Positions 58,219-64,000 of a DNA stretch of 64,000 nucleotides are shown piece by piece (position 1 is the first letter of the stretch; each line of letters begins with the position of its first letter). Origin of the DNA: an uncultured Aminicenantes bacterium (GTDB lineage Bacteria > Acidobacteriota > Aminicenantia > UBA2199); the NCBI GenBank assembly GCA_965195285.1, contig CBDAFS010000055.1, positions 32,001 to 96,000 on the forward strand. Direction: 5' to 3'. A program made the position numbers and the translations under genes. Under the pieces are notes generated by a model that did no database searches, was not told where the DNA came from, and was given only the letters and a program-made list of their open reading frames with translations.

Positions 58219-60582
58219 TCAAAAATCCTGGTGTTCGGTTCTTCGGATGATCTCATTCTGGAGTTCTGTACTTAAATCAATAAAATAGTCACTGTACCCG
58301 GCCACCCGGACAATCAGATGACGATACTTATCGGGAAATTTCTGGGCCTCCCTCAGGGTTTGAGTATTAACCACATTAAACTGAATGTGGTGCCCGTCCA
58401 TTCTGAAGTAACTTCGTATCAGGTGAGTGACCTTTACGATTCCGCTGTCATCGGACAGCAGCTGGGGAGTAAACTTCATGTTTAACAGGGTGCCGCCGGT
58501 GCGGATATGGTCAATTTTTCCAGCCGATTTCATGACCGCTGTGGGCCCTTTCCGATCGACTCCCTGAACCGGTGAAACACCCTCTGAAAGTGGCTCTGCG
58601 GCATTTCTGCCATCCGGCAGAGCCCCGGTGACACTGCCAAAGTAAATATGGACAGTGGTGGGTAGCAGATTGATTCGGAAGGTTCCGTTTTTGGTATTGG
58701 GTCGACCATCAATAGATTGAAAATACACCTCAAAAACATCCTTCATCACCCCATCGGCATAATCATTGTCATTGCCGTATTTTGGTGTTTCCTTCAGCAG
58801 GCTCTGCCGGAGTTTTTCATGACCGGAAAAATTATCGGCCAGGGCCTTCAGCATGTTTTTCATTGAGATCTTTTTTTGATCAAACACGTTGTATTTCAAT
58901 GAAGCCAGGGCATCGGTAACCGTTCCCAATCCCACCCCCTGAATATAGGAACTGTTGTAACGGGCACCGCCGGCATTGTAGTCAATACCCCGGTCCATAC
59001 AGTCATCGATCAGCAGTGACAAAAAGGGAACCGGCATGTATTTGGCATACAGGCGCTCAATGATATTGTTGCCCCTGATCTTTATATCCACGAAATATTT
59101 TACCTGCTTTTGAAAGGCCTTGAAAAATTCCTGGTAATCGGGAAAGGATTCCGGATTCCCGGTCTCCAATCCCACCTGTTCCCCGGTTCGGGGATCAACC
59201 CCGTTGTTCAGGGTTAACTCCACCAGCTTGGGTAAATTGAAATACCCGGTTAAAATATAACATTCATGACCGAAGGCACCGGTCTCCACACAACCGCTGG
59301 ATCCCCCGCTGCGGGCATCCTCAATGGACTTGCCCTGCCTGACCAGTTCCTGGATTATGATATCGGTATTGAATATCGAGGGTTGCCCGAACCCGGTCTT
59401 GATGATGTCCAGCGCTTTCCGGATCAATAAATCCGGATTTTTCTTGCTCACCTGGATCATGGAACCGGGCTGAAGGATCCTCATTTCGCCAATGACCTCC
59501 AGGATAAGATAGGTCAATTCATTGACCCCGTCGGAACCGTCCTTGGTCAATCCACCCAGGTTAATCAGGCAAAAATCCGTATATGTATTGCTCTCCTGAG
59601 CGGTCACCCCCACTTTGGGTGGGGCAGGATGATTGTTGAATTTTATCCAGAAGGCCTGCAGCAATTCCCTGGCCTGTTCCCGGGTCAGCACGCCTTGTTC
59701 AATATCTCTCCGGTAAAAGGGATACAGATTCTGGTCCAGTCTTCCCGGATTAAAGGAATCCCAGGGATTCAACTCGGTAATAACCCCCAGGTGGGTAAAC
59801 CAGTAGTACTGCAAAGCTTCCCAGAAAGTTCGGGGGGATTGGGCAGGAACCCGCTGACAGATTTCTACTATCTGGTTCAATTCCTTTTTCCGCTGCGGGT
59901 CCTTTTCTTTGAAAGCCAGGGGTTTCAAGGCCTGGGCATGACGGCCGGCAAAAATCATCAGGGCATCGGCTGCCACATCCATGGCCCTGAGTGTTTCTCG
60001 CTTATCCAGGGCCAGAGGATCATTTTCAATATCCAGCTGATCCAGGCTGAGAGCAATATCAGTTCTAAAATCAGCAAATCCGCTGCTGTAAATTTTATCG
60101 CCTAAAACGGTGTGGCCGGGGGCCCGCTGTTCCTGGAACTCGGTAAATACCCCGGACCGGTAGGCACTCATCCAGCTGGCTTCCATTTCACTGAAAATCT
60201 TCTCTCTCATGGAACGGCTCGACCAGAAGGGAATGATTACTTTTTCATATGCCCGGCGGGTTTCAGGATCAACCCCAAATGAAATTTTCTCCCTGGAATT
60301 CAGGATATCCAGATCCTTCAGGGTGTGAGTGCAAATTTCAGGGTAGGTGGAGGTGGCTTTAGGTCGGGGCCCCCTCTCGCCCACAATCAGTTCTCCGGGA
60401 TTGATGCAGATCTCTTTATGCTCCAGAATATATTTAAAAGCCAGAGCCCGTTGAACCGGAATGGAAAAATTTTCATCCTGCTGCTCTTTATAAAATTCGG
60501 TCAATAACAAGGCCCGCTCAATCGATATACTGGGCCTGGCTTCCAGGCTCTGCTGCCTCAAAGACCGGATACGCTCGTTCAT
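58219..60582 (-). CDS. hypD: Glycyl radical enzyme, trans-4-hydroxy-L-proline dehydratase-like
   Basis: 787 aa; GCVE, RVAGYS; HypD-type motifs PGH, NPWD, ES.TYTDF, LTGY, LPTT. Confidence 0.85.
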   Translation of the reverse strand: MNERIRSLRQQSLEARPSISIERALLLTEFYKEQQDENFSIPVQRALAFKYILEHKEICINPGELIVGERGPRPKATSTYPEICTHTLKDLDILNSREKISFGVDPETRRAYEKVIIPFWSSRSMREKIFSEMEASWMSAYRSGVFTEFQEQRAPGHTVLGDKIYSSGFADFRTDIALSLDQLDIENDPLALDKRETLRAMDVAADALMIFAGRHAQALKPLAFKEKDPQRKKELNQIVEICQRVPAQSPRTFWEALQYYWFTHLGVITELNPWDSFNPGRLDQNLYPFYRRDIEQGVLTREQARELLQAFWIKFNNHPAPPKVGVTAQESNTYTDFCLINLGGLTKDGSDGVNELTYLILEVIGEMRILQPGSMIQVSKKNPDLLIRKALDIIKTGFGQPSIFNTDIIIQELVRQGKSIEDARSGGSSGCVETGAFGHECYILTGYFNLPKLVELTLNNGVDPRTGEQVGLETGNPESFPDYQEFFKAFQKQVKYFVDIKIRGNNIIERLYAKYMPVPFLSLLIDDCMDRGIDYNAGGARYNSSYIQGVGLGTVTDALASLKYNVFDQKKISMKNMLKALADNFSGHEKLRQSLLKETPKYGNDNDYADGVMKDVFEVYFQSIDGRPNTKNGTFRINLLPTTVHIYFGSVTGALPDGRNAAEPLSEGVSPVQGVDRKGPTAVMKSAGKIDHIRTGGTLLNMKFTPQLLSDDSGIVKVTHLIRSYFRMDGHHIQFNVVNTQTLREAQKFPDKYRHLIVRVAGYSDYFIDLSTELQNEIIRRTEHQDF

Positions 60583-60583
60583 A

Positions 60584-61468
60584 TTATCCTCCTATCCTGA
60601 CTGTGAATCCCCGGAATTCAAGGTTTTTCCGGATTGACTCTAATATTTTCCTATCGGAATCAGAACTGCCGAGTGAAAATTCCTTTTCCGAAGAGGAAAG
60701 TCGATTTTTTATGCGGTTGGGGATTTTTAACCGGCAATATTTACGTTCGGCAAAACGATGAAAGGGCAGGAGATCTATGATATTCACATTCTCCAGGTCT
60801 GAAAGAAATGCGGATATTTCTTCTACATTGGCTTCGCTACTGTTGATTCCCGGAATGACCGGAAAACGGACGATCACCGGTCTGGCCAGGCGGTCTACAG
60901 TTTTCAAATTGTCCAGGATCAATTGATTGTCGACTCCGGTATATTTCCGGTGAAGGACCGGATCAATAAATTTCAGATCGTACAAAAAAAGGTCAACCCG
61001 TTGACAAACCGATTTAAAAACAGCTTCCGGTGCATAACCGCAGGTATCCAGCGCGGTATGGATCGCCCGTGACCGGCATTGATCAAGAAGCGCTGACAGA
61101 AATTCGGGCTGCATCAGCGGCTCGCCCCCGGAAAAGGTTACCCCTCCTCCGGATTCATCAAAAAACAACACGTCCCGGTAAATTTCATCCATAATCTGGT
61201 TAACGGTTTTGACTTCCCCGATCAGATCAAATCCGCTGTCAGCATTTTCTGCGTCCTTTGCCACTCTCTGAACCTCAGGGGTAATTCCCTCCGGGTTATG
61301 ACACCACCAGCAATTGAGCGGACAACCCTTGAAAAAAACCGTAAGTCGGATCCCGGGACCATCATGAATGGCATAATGTTTGATATCAAAAACCAGGCCG
61401 GAAGGAGATGACGGATGTCTGGACTGGGTTCCGGTATCTCCGGAAACATTATGGCTTGCCCTGCTCAT
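60584..61468 (-). CDS. Glycyl-radical activating enzyme (start uncertain)
   Basis: HDGPGIR, GCPLNCWWCHNPE, GGVTFSGGEP; adjacent to the glycyl radical enzyme. Confidence 0.92.
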   Translation of the reverse strand: MSRASHNVSGDTGTQSRHPSSPSGLVFDIKHYAIHDGPGIRLTVFFKGCPLNCWWCHNPEGITPEVQRVAKDAENADSGFDLIGEVKTVNQIMDEIYRDVLFFDESGGGVTFSGGEPLMQPEFLSALLDQCRSRAIHTALDTCGYAPEAVFKSVCQRVDLFLYDLKFIDPVLHRKYTGVDNQLILDNLKTVDRLARPVIVRFPVIPGINSSEANVEEISAFLSDLENVNIIDLLPFHRFAERKYCRLKIPNRIKNRLSSSEKEFSLGSSDSDRKILESIRKNLEFRGFTVRIGG

Positions 61469-61642
61469 TTGGCTTCCACTGCAGGGGATGTTTTTCTTTT
61501 CCTGCAGATAATATTATAAGCCATTACCCGTATTTTTCAAAACAATTGTCGAATTGATTTCTTCTGCGATTTTGGTTTTCAGGTTTTTTTTGGGATTTTT
61601 ATCGCAGTTATTTGCAAAACCTGCTACAATTGGAGAGAGCAA

Positions 61643-62620
61643 ATGAGAAATAAAACCCGTTTCAAAATGTTGCTTTTTCTTTTGATCGGCCTGTTGATAT
61701 TCGATATCATCGGCTATATCATCATCGAGCAGGTGGGAGTGCTGGATGCGCTATACATGACCATTATCAGTATTACCACGGTGGGATTTAATGAAGTCTT
61801 TCCCCTCAGCCTCCCAGGCAGAATTTTCACCATGGTGGTGATTGTGACCGGAATCGGATTTTTTTTCTATATCGCCATGTCAGTTGCCGAAAACACTATC
61901 GAGGAGAGAGTCAGAAAAATTTTAGGGAGAAGAAAGATGAGGACTTTGGCAAAAATGAAAGATCACATGATCATTGCCGGTTTCGGCCGGATGGGAAAAC
62001 TGGTTGCCTGCGACCTCCAGTCAAAGAACATCAAATTTGTCATCATTGAAAATAATCCGGAACGATTTGCCATGGCGGATGAACTGGGATATCACGTTCT
62101 CCTGGCTGATGCCACTTCGGAAGAGACCCTTGAACTGACCGGTATAAAGAATGCAAAAACATACATTGCCCTGCTGAGTTCGGATGCCCGGAACCTGTTC
62201 ACGGTTCTGACCGCCAAGGAATTGAATCCCTCACTCTTTATCATTGCCCGGTGTTTTGAACCCCAGAACGAGAAAAAACTGACCAAATCAGGGGCCCACC
62301 GGGTGGTAACCCCCCATCAATTATCTTCCCGCCGAATTGTCAATACCGTACTGAAACCCAATGTGGTCAACCTGATTGACCTGGTTTCCCAGTCACAGGA
62401 CCTGTCCCTTTCACTGGAAGAAATCACCATTGGAGCGGAATCCGAATTCATTGGCAAGACCATCCGGAATTCCGGGATTAAGGAGCGGTTCAATGCCATG
62501 GTGGTAGCGGTCAAGCGGGCTGAAAAACTGTTTTTCAATCCGGAAGCCAATCTGGTGCTGGCCCCCTATGATATCCTGATCCTGATCGGAGAGAAGGAAA
62601 AAATAACCCGCATCTCCTGA
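61643..62620 (+). CDS. Potassium channel with RCK domain (MthK/Kch-like)
   Basis: TTVGF filter, GFGRMG, RCK-C domain. Confidence 0.88.
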   Translation: MRNKTRFKMLLFLLIGLLIFDIIGYIIIEQVGVLDALYMTIISITTVGFNEVFPLSLPGRIFTMVVIVTGIGFFFYIAMSVAENTIEERVRKILGRRKMRTLAKMKDHMIIAGFGRMGKLVACDLQSKNIKFVIIENNPERFAMADELGYHVLLADATSEETLELTGIKNAKTYIALLSSDARNLFTVLTAKELNPSLFIIARCFEPQNEKKLTKSGAHRVVTPHQLSSRRIVNTVLKPNVVNLIDLVSQSQDLSLSLEEITIGAESEFIGKTIRNSGIKERFNAMVVAVKRAEKLFFNPEANLVLAPYDILILIGEKEKITRIS

Positions 62621-62628
62621 TTACCCTG

Positions 62629-63489
62629 ATGGCCATTTCAAAGCGATTTTCATCTCTTATATCCAGAACTCTGCCCGATCCCCTGCACCGGAAAGTCCTG
62701 GATATCGAACAATTCATTGCAGACAGAAGGATTCAAGCCATACCGAAGACAGCGGTATTTGACCTGGACGACACCCTGCTGGAGGGTGATATCGGGGATA
62801 CGGTCTTTGCCCAATTGAAGCGGGATGAATCCAAACGTTATTTAACCGTTCAGCAGAAATCCCTGCCCCTGGGCTGGAGAGAATATCGAAATTTGATTAA
62901 AACCGGGAAAAAGCAGGAAGCCTATCTGAGGGTGGTCACCTGCATGGCCGGAGTCCCATTGGATGTTCTCAGTGAAACCACCCGAAAAATCCTTTGCTCA
63001 CCCCACCGCTATATCAAAATCGAGGGAGAGACCGTACCCATCCCCCGGATCAACCCGACCATGTTTGGATTTCTCCAGCTTCTCCGAAAACTGAAATACC
63101 GGATCATGGTCATTTCCGCCAGCAATCACTTTTCGGTCCGGGTGGTGGCCGGAGAACTCCTTCAGCTACCCAGATCCCAGGCCTTTGGTATCCGGTCCTT
63201 GCTGAAATATATCAAGCCGGAACCGAGCCAAAAAAGAATCGCCGTCCTGAGCGGAATTCTTCAGAAACCCATACCCTGGGCCCAAGGCAAGGCCGAGGTC
63301 TATACCCGGCATGCCGGCCAGGTCCCCCCCCTGATCACCGGAGGTGACAGTGAAACCGATTTTTTTTTACTCAACCTCACCCACCCCCTGGGACTGGCCA
63401 TCTGGGCGGGAAAGGACCAAAAACGGATCAAATCAATGCAAAAAAAACTCGATCATCCCCGTAACCTGTATTCTTTATACACGGAATAG
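62629..63489 (+). CDS. HAD-superfamily hydrolase
   Basis: FDLDDTL, ISAS, GK, GDSETD. Confidence 0.82.
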   Translation: MAISKRFSSLISRTLPDPLHRKVLDIEQFIADRRIQAIPKTAVFDLDDTLLEGDIGDTVFAQLKRDESKRYLTVQQKSLPLGWREYRNLIKTGKKQEAYLRVVTCMAGVPLDVLSETTRKILCSPHRYIKIEGETVPIPRINPTMFGFLQLLRKLKYRIMVISASNHFSVRVVAGELLQLPRSQAFGIRSLLKYIKPEPSQKRIAVLSGILQKPIPWAQGKAEVYTRHAGQVPPLITGGDSETDFFLLNLTHPLGLAIWAGKDQKRIKSMQKKLDHPRNLYSLYTE

Positions 63490-63525
63490 AGAAATTTGAT
63501 GCCACCTGCTCGGCTGGAACTGAAA

Positions 63526-64000
63526 TCACGCTGTTTTTTCAACCACCTTCTTCTTTACCGTAAACATCCGGTACAGTACCGGCACCACAATCAGGGTCAG
63601 AACCGTTGAGGTCAGTAAACCGCCGATAATGGTCCAGCCCATGGGGGCCCAGAGGGTTCCCCCCCGAAGGGTCAGCGGTAACAAGCCTCCGATAGTGGTA
63701 GCAGTGGTTAATATAATGGGGATAAACCGGGTCTCGGCCGCTTCCTGGATGGCAGTTATCAGGTCTTTTCCTTCTGCCCTCAACTGGTTGCCGTAATCCA
63801 CTAAAATAATGGAATTATTGACCACGATACCCACCAGGCTAATCAAGCCGATAAAGGCGGTAAAAGAAAAGGTATTGCCGGTTGCTAACAGAGCCAGGAC
63901 GGAGCCGATAATGGCCAGGGGCAGGGCTGAAAAAACAATCAATGGCTGGGTAAAGGATTTGAACTGCAGGACCAGCACCGCAAAAATGGCGATAATGGCA
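63526..64000 (-). CDS. RND (AcrB-family) transporter, C-terminal fragment
   Basis: QFKSF.QP, GIVVNNSI, RFIPIILT, GGL..ST.LTL..VP; runs off the window end. Confidence 0.9.
   Translation of the reverse strand, partial: AIIAIFAVLVLQFKSFTQPLIVFSALPLAIIGSVLALLATGNTFSFTAFIGLISLVGIVVNNSIILVDYGNQLRAEGKDLITAIQEAAETRFIPIILTTATTIGGLLPLTLRGGTLWAPMGWTIIGGLLTSTVLTLIVVPVLYRMFTVKKKVVEKTA

Overview
64 kb of a moderate-GC bacterial chromosome. Gene content (an MIGKTISHY-type Ser/Thr kinase, a lipoprotein caspase, a HypD-type glycyl radical enzyme, tungstate uptake) suggests an anaerobic diderm, possibly Aminicenantes/Acidobacteriota; this is an inference. Most of the window is housekeeping: polA, adk, mnmA, dus, pth, hslVU, uvrB, lepB, ktrAB, ptrB, and a wtpABC-moeA-moaA-moaC-MOSC-mog operon under a Moco/Tuco riboswitch. 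Three things stand out. (1) A ~9 kb integrase-free island (about 39.7-48.9 kb) lies at the 3' end of tRNA-Val(CAC). It holds two extra att-like tRNA 3' copies, one split by an 80-nt hairpin insertion. Most cargo genes are bracketed by short GGGG(A/T)C...G(A/T)CCCC REP/MITE-like ends, like a cassette array. (2) A ~300-nt non-coding segment (about 530-830) has two long crossing helices (a pseudoknot) and matches no RNA family I recognise. (3) Several genes have a canonical -35/17 bp/-10 promoter 6-7 nt before the ATG, which suggests frequent leaderless mRNAs. No CRISPR array, rRNA, integrase or transposase was seen.
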